Made by a program: the position numbers and the translations under genes | Virus record (IMG/VR): IMGVR_UViG_2791355076_000001 | Location: 1-64,000 of that record | DNA length: 64,000 nt | Source: a virus | Lineage: Duplodnaviria > Caudoviricetes | Reading direction: 5' to 3' (one strand) | The notes under the pieces: model-generated | Told to the model about the DNA's origin: nothing | Databases searched by the model: none | Seen by the model: only the letters and a program-made list of their open reading frames with translations | Part shown: one piece after another, positions 17,319-28,202 of the stretch | Position numbering within the stretch: the first letter of the stretch is position 1 | How the letters are laid out: each line of letters begins with the position of its first letter

Positions 17319-18586
17319 TGACAGATAAACAATATTCAATCGATTTGCGCACTAATCATGGTTGGTTTGCGCGTCTGGCTTCCTTCTTTGTTGGGGGAAG
17401 ACTCGTGACACCTGAACAAGGTTCACAATCAGGCGTTATCTCAGCGCAAGGCTCGCTTGGTGATTCTTCTGTAAATGATGAGCGAATACTCCAAATATCC
17501 ACGGTTTGGCGTTGTGTTAGCTTAATTTCGACGTTAACGGCTTGTTTGCCACTGGATGTGTTCGAAACGGATAAACAGGGAAATAGAACCAAAGTTGATT
17601 TAAGTCACCCATTGGCTCGATTACTGCGGTATTCGCCCAATCAGTACATGACCGCTCAAGAATTCCGAGAGGCAATGACTATGCAACTTTGCTTTTATGG
17701 TAATGCTTTCGCGTTGATTGAGCGAAATAAAGTGGGTGATGTGATCAGCTTGCTTCCTCTGTTGTCTGCCAATATGGATGTGCGCATGGAGGGGAAGAAT
17801 ATTATCTATAAATATCAGCGTGATCATGAATTTGCGAAATTTAAACAACACGAAATTTTTCATTTAAAAGGGTTTGGTTTTAATGGATTAGTCGGATTGT
17901 CGCCTATTGCTTATGCGTGTAAGACAGCAAGCACGGCCGTTGCGATGGAAGATCAACAACGTGAGTTTTACGCTAATGGGGCTAAGTCTCCTAAAATTCT
18001 GACAACGGGCGATAAGGTATTGAATAAAGAGCAACGTAGCCAACTTGAAGAGAATTTCAAAGAAATTGCGGGTGGTCCCGTTAAAAAACGATTGTGGATC
18101 TTAGAAGGGGGATTTCAAGCACAAGATATTGGTGTTAGTCCTCAAGATGCAGAAACAATGTCTTCCCGCAAATTTCAAGTCAGTGAATTAGCCCGTTTCT
18201 TTGGTGTTCCCCCGCATTTAGTCGGCGATGTTGAAAAATCAACAAGTTGGGGAACAGGTATTGAGCAACAAAACTTAGGTTTTCTTCAATATACCTTACA
18301 ACCCTATATCTCCCGATGGGAAAACTGCATTGCGCGTTGGCTTCTAAAACCCCCCGAAGTGGGAAAATACCATGCTGAACATAACCTTGATGGATTATTG
18401 CGAGGCGATTCTACTTCACGCGCCGCGTTTATGAAAGCGATGGGAGAATCGGGGCTAAGAACTATTAATGAAATGCGACGGCTCGATAATTATCCTCCTC
18501 TTGAAGGTGGAGATGTCGCTTACCGGCAAGCACAATATTTACCGATTAACCAACTCAATAAAGAGCCTCACGAAAGTGGGGCTTAA
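17315..18586 (+). CDS. Portal protein (HK97 family)
   Basis: STVWRCVSLIS, GLVGLSPI, ARFFGVPPHLVG, RTINEMRR. Confidence 0.95.
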   Translation: MMTDKQYSIDLRTNHGWFARLASFFVGGRLVTPEQGSQSGVISAQGSLGDSSVNDERILQISTVWRCVSLISTLTACLPLDVFETDKQGNRTKVDLSHPLARLLRYSPNQYMTAQEFREAMTMQLCFYGNAFALIERNKVGDVISLLPLLSANMDVRMEGKNIIYKYQRDHEFAKFKQHEIFHLKGFGFNGLVGLSPIAYACKTASTAVAMEDQQREFYANGAKSPKILTTGDKVLNKEQRSQLEENFKEIAGGPVKKRLWILEGGFQAQDIGVSPQDAETMSSRKFQVSELARFFGVPPHLVGDVEKSTSWGTGIEQQNLGFLQYTLQPYISRWENCIARWLLKPPEVGKYHAEHNLDGLLRGDSTSRAAFMKAMGESGLRTINEMRRLDNYPPLEGGDVAYRQAQYLPINQLNKEPHESGA

Positions 18587-18603
18587 TTATTTATGGGGGT
18601 TCA

Positions 18604-19272
18604 ATGCCTGATATTAGAAAAACACTGAATTTTGATGAAGCGGAAATCAAATTTACGGGTGATGGCACACAAGGCGTTTTCGAAGGTTATGCCTCTGTAT
18701 TTAGTCATCAAGATTCCGATGGTGACATTATTTTACCCGGTGCGTTTAAGCATGTTTTAGATAAGCAAAAACAAAAAGTCGCTATGTTTTATAACCATCG
18801 AGTCTGGGAGCTTCCTGTGGGGAAATGGGAGTACATGGAGGAAGATCAAAAAGGATTACGTGTAAGAGGACAACTGACACCCGGTCATAGTGCGGCTCAA
18901 GATCTAAAAGCGGCAATGAAGCATGGCACGGTTGACGGGCTTTCTATCGGATTCGGTTGTCTGCGTAATGATTTTGAGCGGACACCTTCAGGCCGTATTT
19001 TTAAAAATATCTCCCTGTTACGTGAAATCAGTATTTGTACATTTCCCGCTAATGACCAAGCACAGGTTTCATCACTCAAGAGCATCGATGGGTTATTAAC
19101 GATCCGAGATATTGAGGATTGGCTGAGAGAGTCAGCCGGTTTATCAAAATCAGAAGCAGTCGGTTTTATTTCCCGCTTCAAATCCGCTATTCGGAGTGAG
19201 TCCGATGACACTCAACAATCCCTAGTCGCATCCATTGTTAACCAAATTAATGCATTTAATCTGAAAGGATAG
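18604..19272 (+). CDS. HK97 prohead protease
   Basis: FEGYASVF, GLSIGF, EISICTFPAN. Confidence 0.95.
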   Translation: MPDIRKTLNFDEAEIKFTGDGTQGVFEGYASVFSHQDSDGDIILPGAFKHVLDKQKQKVAMFYNHRVWELPVGKWEYMEEDQKGLRVRGQLTPGHSAAQDLKAAMKHGTVDGLSIGFGCLRNDFERTPSGRIFKNISLLREISICTFPANDQAQVSSLKSIDGLLTIRDIEDWLRESAGLSKSEAVGFISRFKSAIRSESDDTQQSLVASIVNQINAFNLKG

Positions 19273-19275
19273 AAT

Positions 19276-20442
19276 ATGTCTGACTTAGCTATTATCCAAG
19301 AAGCCATCGAAGGATCACAAAAAAAGGTGCAAGAGCTCTTCGATGCACAGAAGAAAGAAATTGAAGCTACTGGCGCAGTTTCAAAGCAATTACAAACAGA
19401 TTTAGCCTTAGTTCAAGAGGAATTAAAAAAAGCCGGTGAGCGTCTGTTTGATTTAGAACAGAAAGGGGCAACGAGTGCTGATGATCCTAATGCGAAAAAA
19501 GATTTTTCTGAGCGAGCAGCAGAAGCGCTGACAAAATCATGGAATGGGAGTCAGGCTTCTTATGAAGTGAAAACCTTTAATAAATCATTAGGCAGTGATG
19601 CGAGTTCAGCCGGTGTTCTCATTCAGCCTATGCAAGTACCAGGTATTATTATGCCGGGGATGCGTCGTTTAGTTATCCGCGATTTATTAGCACAAGGTCG
19701 TATTTCCAGTAACTCACTGGAATATGTACGTGAAAAATTGTTTACCAATAGCGCGGCACCCGTGAAAGAAAAGGCACAAAAACCAGAATCTAATCTGACG
19801 TTTGAAAAACAAACGGCAAATGTGATCACTATTGCTCATTGGATCCAAGCGTCTCGCCAAGTGATGGATGATGCTGTGCAGTTACAGTCTTACGTTAATA
19901 ACCGCTTATTGTATGGCTTAGCGTTAGTGGAAGAGGAGCAATTACTCAATGGTGACGGTACTGCGGATAATTTGACGGGGATTAATCATGTTGCCACGGC
20001 CTATGATACCACGTTGAGTGCTACGGGTGACACACATGCTGACCTGATTGCTCATGCCATTTATCAGGTAACAGAATCTGAATTTAGTGCTTCCGGTATT
20101 ATTTTAAATCCTCGTGATTGGCATGCCATTGCGTTAATGAAAGATAAAGAAGGGCGTTATATTTTTGGTGGCCCACAAGCGTTTACTTCAAATGTAATGT
20201 GGGGATTACCTGTTGTTCCCACAAAAGCACAAAAACAAGGTGAGTTTACTGTTGGTGCATTTGATTTGGCGTCTCAAGTATGGGATCGAATGAATGCAGT
20301 TATCGAAGTGAGTCGAGAAGATCGTGATAACTTTGTGAAGAATATGCTGACCATTTTGTGTGAAGAACGTTTAGCATTAGCCCATTATCGCCCTCAAGCC
20401 TTAATTAAAGGGACTTTCCCAACGTCTGGAAGAAGTGCTTAA
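19276..20442 (+). CDS. Major capsid protein, close HK97 gp5 relative
   Basis: FNK/SLGSDA maturation site; KPES and FVKNMLTILCEE cross-link motifs. Confidence 0.96.
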   Translation: MSDLAIIQEAIEGSQKKVQELFDAQKKEIEATGAVSKQLQTDLALVQEELKKAGERLFDLEQKGATSADDPNAKKDFSERAAEALTKSWNGSQASYEVKTFNKSLGSDASSAGVLIQPMQVPGIIMPGMRRLVIRDLLAQGRISSNSLEYVREKLFTNSAAPVKEKAQKPESNLTFEKQTANVITIAHWIQASRQVMDDAVQLQSYVNNRLLYGLALVEEEQLLNGDGTADNLTGINHVATAYDTTLSATGDTHADLIAHAIYQVTESEFSASGIILNPRDWHAIALMKDKEGRYIFGGPQAFTSNVMWGLPVVPTKAQKQGEFTVGAFDLASQVWDRMNAVIEVSREDRDNFVKNMLTILCEERLALAHYRPQALIKGTFPTSGRSA

Positions 20443-20480
20443 GTAATAGGTCGGGGTAGGTAACTATCCCGTATTACATC

Positions 20481-20780
20481 ATGAATATCTTAGATGTCAT
20501 TCCTCTTTCTTTATTAAAACAGCATCTCGAATACAGCGGTGATGATCGTGATGAGCAGATTATATTTTATGCACAAAGCGCATTAAATTATTGTTTGAGA
20601 TGGTGTGATGAACCGGCATGGAAATCACCTGATGATATCCCTTATGAAGTGAAATCGGCAATGCTCTTAGTGCTGGGGGACATGTTTGAACATCGAACCA
20701 GCCAAAGTGAAATTCCGTTATATGAAAATAAAGCAGTAGAACGATTGTTACTGCTTTGTCGAAATTGGCGAGGTAGTTAA
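20481..20780 (+). CDS. Head-tail connector (gp6-like)
   Basis: LKQHL...AMLLVLGDMFEHR; position. Confidence 0.88.
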   Translation: MNILDVIPLSLLKQHLEYSGDDRDEQIIFYAQSALNYCLRWCDEPAWKSPDDIPYEVKSAMLLVLGDMFEHRTSQSEIPLYENKAVERLLLLCRNWRGS

Positions 20781-21109
20781 TGGATCCGGGACGATTACGC
20801 CACACTATTCATATTCAAAAAGCAGTATTAGCGCCTGATGCCATCAGTGGCAGTGATGTGATTTGGACGGATCATGCGACAAAAGTACGTGCAGCGATCA
20901 TGCCTTATCAAGGGCGGGAATATTTTCAAGCCCAACAAGTACAAAGTGAGGCCACAACACGAATTATTATTCGTTATATCGCTGATATTGATACTTCGAT
21001 GCGTATTGTATGGGGTAAGCGAATATTTAATATTATTTCGATTATTGACCCTTATGAGCGTCATCGTGAGCTTCAATTGATGTGCAAAGAGGGCGTGAAT
21101 GATGGGTGA
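20780..21109 (+). CDS. Head closure protein
   Basis: GRLRHTIHIQ...IRY...MRIVW...ELQLMC. Confidence 0.88.
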   Translation: MDPGRLRHTIHIQKAVLAPDAISGSDVIWTDHATKVRAAIMPYQGREYFQAQQVQSEATTRIIIRYIADIDTSMRIVWGKRIFNIISIIDPYERHRELQLMCKEGVNDG

Positions 21110-21572
21110 GATTAAAATCAGTGGATTGTCTGAACTCGCTCAACGAATGCAAGACATTGCCCGTAAAACCAGAAATCAAAGTGCGCGTAAGGCGATGAAT
21201 GCAGGCGCTTCGGCGTTAAAGCAGGAAATCAAACATCGAGTGCCGATCCTTAAGGAAACGGTGCCTCATCGACGCAAAGGCACCATCAAGCGCAATATTC
21301 GTTCTAAAACGAAAGTGCAGCGTAATGGACAAGTCAAAACGCGCATTTGGGTGAAATCATTATCGGGTAAAAAGGTGTCTGCCTTTAAACAGGCAACGGG
21401 AAAAAGTGCGGCATTGAACCCAAATGATCCGTTTTATTGGTGGTTTGTTGAGTTTGGCACCGCCAAGATGCCCGCACAACCGTTTATGCGCCCCAGCTTT
21501 GAAGCGAAAAAGGAAGCGACGGCTAAAGTGATTGTTCAAACACTCAAAGAGGATATTGAAAAAGCAAGGTAG
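21099..21572 (+). CDS. HK97 gp10-like tail component
   Basis: FYWWFVEFGTAKMPAQPFMRP. Confidence 0.9.
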   Translation: MMGEIKISGLSELAQRMQDIARKTRNQSARKAMNAGASALKQEIKHRVPILKETVPHRRKGTIKRNIRSKTKVQRNGQVKTRIWVKSLSGKKVSAFKQATGKSAALNPNDPFYWWFVEFGTAKMPAQPFMRPSFEAKKEATAKVIVQTLKEDIEKAR

Positions 21573-21577
21573 AGACC

Positions 21578-21919
21578 ATGATACAGCAATTAAAAGAGAC
21601 CCTTTCACCGCTTGTCGATGGAAGGGTTTTTTTTCAGGTATTACCCGAAGGCAAAGGGCATTATCCCGCCATTGTGATCCAGTTTGCCAGCATCACGCCT
21701 AACAGTGCGCTAGAGGATACGGATTTAGACAACTATCGTGTGCAACTTGATGTGTATGCGCTCCAGCCACAGCCCCTTATGGTCTTGCGTAAAAAAATTG
21801 AGACTCAGATTGTTGAAGCGATCCCATTTGCACAACGGGTGAATGCGGTCTTTGGGTATGAAGCGGATGTCAAATTGCATCGGCTTGTTCTTGAATTAAT
21901 GATTTCATCAGATAAATAA
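21578..21919 (+). CDS. Tail terminator (DUF3168-like)
   Basis: RVQLDVYA; position before major tail gene. Confidence 0.8.
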   Translation: MIQQLKETLSPLVDGRVFFQVLPEGKGHYPAIVIQFASITPNSALEDTDLDNYRVQLDVYALQPQPLMVLRKKIETQIVEAIPFAQRVNAVFGYEADVKLHRLVLELMISSDK

Positions 21920-21922
21920 GGA

Positions 21923-22594
21923 ATGGATATGGCAAAGTCAAAAAACCATAAAGCGACGCCTTTCCTCGGCACGAAGATCTTTGTGCAAACAGGCTTAGGA
22001 GAGGCGATGACCGTGACAGAAGCCACGTTATCACCGGCAACTATTACCATCGCCAATAATAAACTGAAAGCGGATGACATGATTATGTTATCGGGACTCG
22101 GGGAGTTAGATGGGCGTTTCCCCATTGCACAGGTTGATGGCAACAAAGTGACCCTGTGTGAGGAAGTGGATTGGAGTGATAAAACGTTACCCACAGATTT
22201 TGCAAACGCCAAAGCACAACGCATTCAATGGTCTAATAATTTCTGTGCGGTAAAAAGTTTCAGCAAAGACGGTTCGACAACCGAACAAATTGATGTCACC
22301 ACTATTTGCAGTGATGGCAAAGAATATGAATCCGGTGATACGGAATACGGCTCAATTAAATTGACCTTCTTCTTACGTTATAGCTCCAGTGATGTGCAGC
22401 GACTCTTGCGTAAATATGAAAACAGCAAAGAAAAATTTGCGGTGAAAATGGTCTTAACGCGAGATGAAGGCTCCATGTTTTATTACGGCTCTGTCGAGAC
22501 AGGCATGAACATTGATGGCAGTGTAGGGCAAATGATGGATTCGGGGATCTCGATTAAATTGTCTGGCCGTGATTATTTGAATACGAAGAAATAA
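21923..22594 (+). CDS. Major tail (tube) protein
   Basis: EQIDVTTICSDGKEYESG; position. Confidence 0.82.
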   Translation: MDMAKSKNHKATPFLGTKIFVQTGLGEAMTVTEATLSPATITIANNKLKADDMIMLSGLGELDGRFPIAQVDGNKVTLCEEVDWSDKTLPTDFANAKAQRIQWSNNFCAVKSFSKDGSTTEQIDVTTICSDGKEYESGDTEYGSIKLTFFLRYSSSDVQRLLRKYENSKEKFAVKMVLTRDEGSMFYYGSVETGMNIDGSVGQMMDSGISIKLSGRDYLNTKK

Positions 22595-22652
22595 CCCGTA
22601 ACTCATCCACCTCATTATTTCTCATCTCCCTTCTCGATAAAAAAACTTAGGA

Positions 22653-23075
22653 GTGATTATGTCTAACGCTTTATTGCGTGAATTAGTGTTAAACCAAGCA
22701 CTGAAAGTGACGCCTTTTACCTATTTAGACAACACCTTTTATGTCAAAGAGCTGGATGTTGGCACCATGAATTACATTCAGCGCAAACTTCGCCAAATTA
22801 AAATCAAGCTAGCCGAAGCGCAGGATATTTACTTAGACGAAGACGATCCCGAACAATTTAATGAGGCGATAAATCGTGTTTACGATGAATATGATGTCGC
22901 CAGAATGTTGGCCTTTAAGTTGTGTGATGAAAAAGGAGAACTGCTTTTTGATGCTGAAAATGAAGAAGATTTAAAAGGTCTTAATCGTCTAGGGCAAGGG
23001 TTCTCTAATGCAGTGTTTACAGCCGAAGCGGGGAACAGCGAAAAAAACTCGGAGAACGGCGACAATTTCAATTGA
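22653..23075 (+). CDS. Tail assembly chaperone (G)
   Basis: Position; slippery G-AAA-AAA-AC near 3' end. Confidence 0.8.
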   Translation: MIMSNALLRELVLNQALKVTPFTYLDNTFYVKELDVGTMNYIQRKLRQIKIKLAEAQDIYLDEDDPEQFNEAINRVYDEYDVARMLAFKLCDEKGELLFDAENEEDLKGLNRLGQGFSNAVFTAEAGNSEKNSENGDNFN

Positions 23076-23350
23076 TATTGTCGCTGGCATTGGGAAAAAC
23101 CCTCGCGGAAATCGAGCAAATGCCCGAAAGCCACTTGTGTGAATATGAAGCTTTTTATCGCAAACAACCCTTTGGTTTATGGCGAGAGGATTATCGGATG
23201 GCACAAGTGGCGCATCTTATTGCGATGATAAATCGTGATCCGAAAACGTTTCCGCCTGAATTGATGGATTTTATGCCGATGTGGAAGAAGAAAATCACGG
23301 AAGAAGAGCTGTGGGATAACGTTACTGAGAGTGTATTAGCTAATCGATAG
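23047..23350 (+). CDS. Tail assembly chaperone T segment (via -1 frameshift)
   Basis: -1 frame LGERRQFQLILSLALGKTLAEIEQM...PFGLWREDYR. Confidence 0.75.
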
Positions 23351-23374
23351 CCCCACATCAGTGGGGCTTAATCG

Positions 23375-23566
23375 TTAACCACCGCGAGACATTTTCTCAA
23401 TTTTTTTATCCGTATTGTATTGAGAAAGCGCATAAACCGACCAGATAGCCGCAGGGATCCAGCCAATTAATGTGATTTGTAGGATAAGGCAGAAGATGCC
23501 AGCAAATGGGCGACCAATCGTGAAAAATTGTAACCAAGGTAGTAATAACGCCAGAATAAGTCTCAT
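23375..23566 (-). CDS. YqaE/Pmp3-family membrane proteolipid (moron)
   Basis: ILALLLPW...LILQITLIGWIPAAIWSVY; own GAGGGG SD, hairpin at 23350-23368. Confidence 0.85.
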   Translation of the reverse strand: MRLILALLLPWLQFFTIGRPFAGIFCLILQITLIGWIPAAIWSVYALSQYNTDKKIEKMSRGG

Positions 23567-23692
23567 AAAACCCCCTCTATTATTCGAAATTTCAGTTTAT
23601 CAATAATTAAATCAATAGCAAATAACAAGGAATATTGCATTTATTCAGGGTGAAAGTTTGCTTTTGTAGTGTTCATACCAAGGATTGAATTT

Positions 23693-26600
23693 ATGGCGGG
23701 AGCATTAGGTAGATTAAATATTGATTTGACGCTGAATATGGCAAATTTCACAAATGCGATCAACCGTAGCCAGCGCCAAACAGAACAATTTGGGCAAAGT
23801 ATTCGCGTCAGTCTTCAAGCTATCACCGTACAACAAGAGCGAATGGTATCACAAACCGCAAAATCCTCGGCGCTTTTTGCCCGTTTTGCGAGTGTCACCG
23901 CAAGTGCATTATCCATTCATCAAGTCATTAATTATGCTGATAGTTGGACGGAATTACAGAACCGTTTAAAACTGGTGACAGAAAGTTCTGTCGAGTTAAA
24001 TAAAGCCACACAAGCAGTCTATGGCATTGCCCAAAAAACCTATCAATCATTGGATGCCACAGCACAAGTTTATCAACGTTTTGCGGATAATGCCGATCGC
24101 TTAGGATTAAGTCAGCAAAAAGTCGCTGAACTCACGGAAACTGTCTCAAAAGCCGTGGCGATTTCAGGAGCGAGTGCCACCGCAGCCCAAGCGGCATTAA
24201 CTCAATTTGGTCAAGCATTAGCCTCGGGGCAGTTACGTGGGGAAGAGCTGAATTCGGTGATGGAGCAAACGCCTGCGTTAGCGAAAGCCATCGCTGACGG
24301 CATGGGTGTCAGTGTGGGCGAATTAAGGAAGAAAGCCCAAGACGGTGAAATGACGATTGAGAAAGTCATTCAAGCTTTAGAGCGTGCAGCCGACAGTGTG
24401 GATAAAAAATTTGCTACCAGTGTGACAACGGTTAGCCAAGGTTTCACCAATCTTCAATCGGCGATGACAAAATTTATTGGTGAAGCGAATCAAGGTACTG
24501 GTGCGACTCAGCTTTTAACCACAGGGATGACCACTCTTGCCGATAATCTATCGTTAGTGGCTAAAGTGGTTGAAGGAATTGCTGTCACGGCATTGGTAGC
24601 AAAACTCTCTCAATGGACGAAAGCTACTTATCTGAAAAATCAGGCAACATTGAATGAGGCCAAAGCTACATTACAGAGTGCAGAGGCAAACAGTGTGGCA
24701 GCAACCAGTGCCGTGAGGAAGGCATGGGCGGATAAAGAAGCTGCTACATCGGCACTCAATAGAGCCAAAATGGAATATCAAGTTGCTAGAGGCACTAATG
24801 CTGAAAAAATCGCACTCGATAACCTTATCGCCACAAAATCACTCGCAAGAACAGCCTCTCTAAATTATACACAAGCATTAACCGCCGAAAACGTCGCTCA
24901 ACGTGCATTAACGACCGCTCGGCGTCAATCAACAGTGGCAGGGCGAGCGCTCAACAGTGTTATGGGATTAGCGGGTGGCCCTATTGGATTGGTGCTGACC
25001 GGTGTGGTGGCATTGGGTATGGGATTGTATGAATACAGCGAAAATGTCAAACAAGCCAAGTTAGAATCGATTGAATTTGCCAATTCCCTTGATACATCAA
25101 CAGATGCGTTAAACAAAATGAGCAATGCCACGCTAGTGGCGAATTTAAGTAAAGTTTCATCGGGCATTAACGAGCAATTGGAGAAAATCGAGGAACTTAA
25201 ACAACAGGTTATTTCCTTACAAGGTCTATCAAAATACAGCGTTGAGAGTGAAAAGGCGTTTACTGAACAAGGTGTGGGGGATTTATACCTTAAACGAGTA
25301 TCTGAAAAGCAAAAAGAGCTTGATGCTGCGATGGGGACATATGCAGAGCAAGTTAATAACTTAGAGCGTCAGCGAGCCAATATGCAAAATATGTTGGCGA
25401 CACTCAAAGAAAAAGTGGGCGATCAAGCTCCGGAATATAAACGCTATGCCACTGAGTTACAAAATGTTGATGCCGTTATCAATTCACTTAAGGCGAGTTT
25501 AAAGAGTTTAGGCATTGAATATGAATCACTCATTGATATCACGCTTCAGGCGACAAATAGCCAAGTGAATGCTGCCACGGCGATTGCTAAACAGATTGAT
25601 GAATCGATTGAAAAATCGCAACGTTCAGTGGCAAAAGCGCAAGCCACAGGGAAGGCATTAGCGAAATTAAATGCAGAAGATGTATTGGCTTCACGCAAAA
25701 TTACGCCAGATATGCAAGGCTACGATAAGGCCTTACAAGCTGAAATTGAGGCTCAACTGGTACAGCAAGCCAAACGGACGTATAAGCCCAGCCACAAATC
25801 AACCATTGATTATGCCAAGCAATACACCAAAATCTTGACGGAATTGGAGGAAAAACAAGCCTCATTGATTGCGGATGGGCAAAGCATTCAGCTGTATGGC
25901 ACTACTTCTTCCTTTAATGAATACACATCCGCATTAGCTGATATCAAACAAAATAAAGATAAGTTTGATGCCATCTTAAAAATCGATCCCAAAGCGATTG
26001 AGACGATAAAAGAAAAAGCGAAAGCCATTGATGATCTGGCGCGTGCCAACTCGGTTGCGCAATTTGCTTATGATCGCAGTAAAGAAATTGAGCAGATGCA
26101 ATTTGAAACTACCTTGATAGGAAAATCGCGCGCAGAGCAAGAAAAGCTCAATGCCCTTCGTCAGATTGATGTGCTGTATCAGCAAGCCAGTGTGGATTTA
26201 GGCGAAAAAGAGTTGGCGAACTTACAACGCAATGTTGAACTCACTAAACAGCAGATTGAGGAAGAGCTGAGGAAGCGAGAGGCCATGAAAGGCGATCCGA
26301 TGGCGGGATTAAAACAAGGCTTATCGGATTTCAGTGAGTCGGCTATGGATGTAATGGAAAACGTTAGAAACGTCACCACCAATGCCCTGAATAATATGTC
26401 TGATGCATTAGCCGATTTTGCCTTAACGGGTAAAGGAAGCTTTAAAGATTTTGCCAATGCGGTGATCTCCGATATCACTCGAATGGTGATGAAAATGCTG
26501 GTTTTCAAAGCCATTGAAGCAGGCGGACAAGCAATGGGCTTTGATATGGGATGGATGAGCAAAGGGCATGCTTACGGTGGCTATACGGGGCATGGAGGTA

Positions 26601-26968
26601 AATTTGAACCTAAAGGGATTGTGCATGGTGGTGAGTTTGTTTTTACCAAAGAAGCGACGGCTAAATTGGGTGTCGGCAATCTCTATCGCTTAATGCATGC
26701 GGCGCAAGGTTATGCTTCGGGGGGCTTTGTGGGAGCGGTCGCAGGGCGAATACCCGTTACACCACAACCAACGTTAGCCCGTGCGGGTGGTGTACAAATG
26801 ACCGTCGTTAATCATATTACGGTGACAGGAAATGGTGACGCTGTACTTGCGCAGGCAATGAAAGAAGCCGCACAACAAGGGACAGAAGCCGGTGCACAGA
26901 AAGCCCACGCGATGATGTTACAAGACTTTCAAAGTAATGGTGCAGCACGCAGAACATTAGGAGTCTAA
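23693..26968 (+). CDS. Tape measure protein
   Basis: QFGQALASGQLRGEELNSV tape-measure motif; C-terminal GGYTG...GEFV. Confidence 0.95.
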   Translation: MAGALGRLNIDLTLNMANFTNAINRSQRQTEQFGQSIRVSLQAITVQQERMVSQTAKSSALFARFASVTASALSIHQVINYADSWTELQNRLKLVTESSVELNKATQAVYGIAQKTYQSLDATAQVYQRFADNADRLGLSQQKVAELTETVSKAVAISGASATAAQAALTQFGQALASGQLRGEELNSVMEQTPALAKAIADGMGVSVGELRKKAQDGEMTIEKVIQALERAADSVDKKFATSVTTVSQGFTNLQSAMTKFIGEANQGTGATQLLTTGMTTLADNLSLVAKVVEGIAVTALVAKLSQWTKATYLKNQATLNEAKATLQSAEANSVAATSAVRKAWADKEAATSALNRAKMEYQVARGTNAEKIALDNLIATKSLARTASLNYTQALTAENVAQRALTTARRQSTVAGRALNSVMGLAGGPIGLVLTGVVALGMGLYEYSENVKQAKLESIEFANSLDTSTDALNKMSNATLVANLSKVSSGINEQLEKIEELKQQVISLQGLSKYSVESEKAFTEQGVGDLYLKRVSEKQKELDAAMGTYAEQVNNLERQRANMQNMLATLKEKVGDQAPEYKRYATELQNVDAVINSLKASLKSLGIEYESLIDITLQATNSQVNAATAIAKQIDESIEKSQRSVAKAQATGKALAKLNAEDVLASRKITPDMQGYDKALQAEIEAQLVQQAKRTYKPSHKSTIDYAKQYTKILTELEEKQASLIADGQSIQLYGTTSSFNEYTSALADIKQNKDKFDAILKIDPKAIETIKEKAKAIDDLARANSVAQFAYDRSKEIEQMQFETTLIGKSRAEQEKLNALRQIDVLYQQASVDLGEKELANLQRNVELTKQQIEEELRKREAMKGDPMAGLKQGLSDFSESAMDVMENVRNVTTNALNNMSDALADFALTGKGSFKDFANAVISDITRMVMKMLVFKAIEAGGQAMGFDMGWMSKGHAYGGYTGHGGKFEPKGIVHGGEFVFTKEATAKLGVGNLYRLMHAAQGYASGGFVGAVAGRIPVTPQPTLARAGGVQMTVVNHITVTGNGDAVLAQAMKEAAQQGTEAGAQKAHAMMLQDFQSNGAARRTLGV

Positions 26969-27565
26969 ATGTCTATTCTTGAATGGCCAAAAGAGGTGAT
27001 CCCCACACAGGAAAACTGGCAATTATTGAGTAACAGCAAAACCTTTACCTCGCCGTTTAATGGAAGTAGTCAGACGGTACGCTTTCCAGGAAGTCGTTGG
27101 CGTTGTGAGCTGACATTTAATAATTTAAATGAAGAGAAATCGCGCCAGTTAGAAGCGCTGGTGGCTTCATTGGATGGCATGTCAGGACGGGTCAAAATAG
27201 CCAGTTGGATAAGAAAAGGGCGTTATGGGTATGGTTCGCCTCGTATTGCAATACCGAGCCAATTAGGTAATCGGCTAGAAACAAAGGACTGGAAGCGCAA
27301 TATGCGGGTGTTACAGCAAGGGGATCGTTTAACTGTGGGTAATGAACTCAAAATGGTGGTGGCGGATGTGGTCAGTGATAATCAAGGCCGTGCCATTATT
27401 CTTATTTCGCCGATGTTAAGAACATCACCTACCGTCAATGAAATGCTCGAAGTTGAGCGTCCTTTTGGGGTTTTTCGTCTCGTTGATAATGAACAGGGTA
27501 AATTTCAGCATCGTCGCTTGGGGTATACCCATATCACGTTATCTTTTGAGGAGGTGTTGTACTAA
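26969..27565 (+). CDS. Distal tail/minor tail protein
   Basis: Position after TMP; FTSPFNG..QTV..PGSRW. Confidence 0.7.
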   Translation: MSILEWPKEVIPTQENWQLLSNSKTFTSPFNGSSQTVRFPGSRWRCELTFNNLNEEKSRQLEALVASLDGMSGRVKIASWIRKGRYGYGSPRIAIPSQLGNRLETKDWKRNMRVLQQGDRLTVGNELKMVVADVVSDNQGRAIILISPMLRTSPTVNEMLEVERPFGVFRLVDNEQGKFQHRRLGYTHITLSFEEVLY

Positions 27566-28146
27566 TGCAATATCATCCATTTTCTGATGCCATGGTCAAC
27601 GCGATTAATGAGGGGGCTTATATTGTTTTAGCCGCCAGACTCGATTTGAAATCAGGCGTCACCTGTGCGCATACCGGCGTTGGGCAACTGATTATTGCGG
27701 GGGAAATTTATTTGGGCGTGGGCAGTTTAGGTGAAATCAGTCAGCTAAAAGAAAATAAGACAACCAGTCCCCCACAATTACAGCTTAAATTAGCCGGTTT
27801 TGATAAATCGCTGGTGGGAATGGTGATGAATGAGCAAAGTCGAGGACGCGAAGTCCGGTTGATGATGGTCGCCATCGGTGAAGAGGGAAAACCGCTTCTT
27901 GCTGAAGTCTTATTTGTCGGACAAATCACATCTATCAATGTGGTGTCTGGCGAAGAAAATGCCGTATGTGTTAATGTTTCTAATCGATTCGAGCGATGGT
28001 CAATCGGGTTACCCAATAGATTCACCGATGAGTCGTGGTCATCTCGAAGACAAGGTGATCGTATCTTTCGTTATGTTGCTCAAATGGCTGAACGGGCTAT
28101 TTATTGGGGCAGCAAGAAAGATGCACCTGCATTTATTTATAAATAA
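27565..28146 (+). CDS. Minor tail (hub) protein
   Basis: YLGVGSLG, RFTDE...GDRIFRYV; position. Confidence 0.7.
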   Translation: MQYHPFSDAMVNAINEGAYIVLAARLDLKSGVTCAHTGVGQLIIAGEIYLGVGSLGEISQLKENKTTSPPQLQLKLAGFDKSLVGMVMNEQSRGREVRLMMVAIGEEGKPLLAEVLFVGQITSINVVSGEENAVCVNVSNRFERWSIGLPNRFTDESWSSRRQGDRIFRYVAQMAERAIYWGSKKDAPAFIYK

Positions 28147-28202
28147 TCCTATTGCTTTGTTAAACCCACTTTTGTGGGTTTTTTGCTATTTAAGGTCAGT
28201 AC

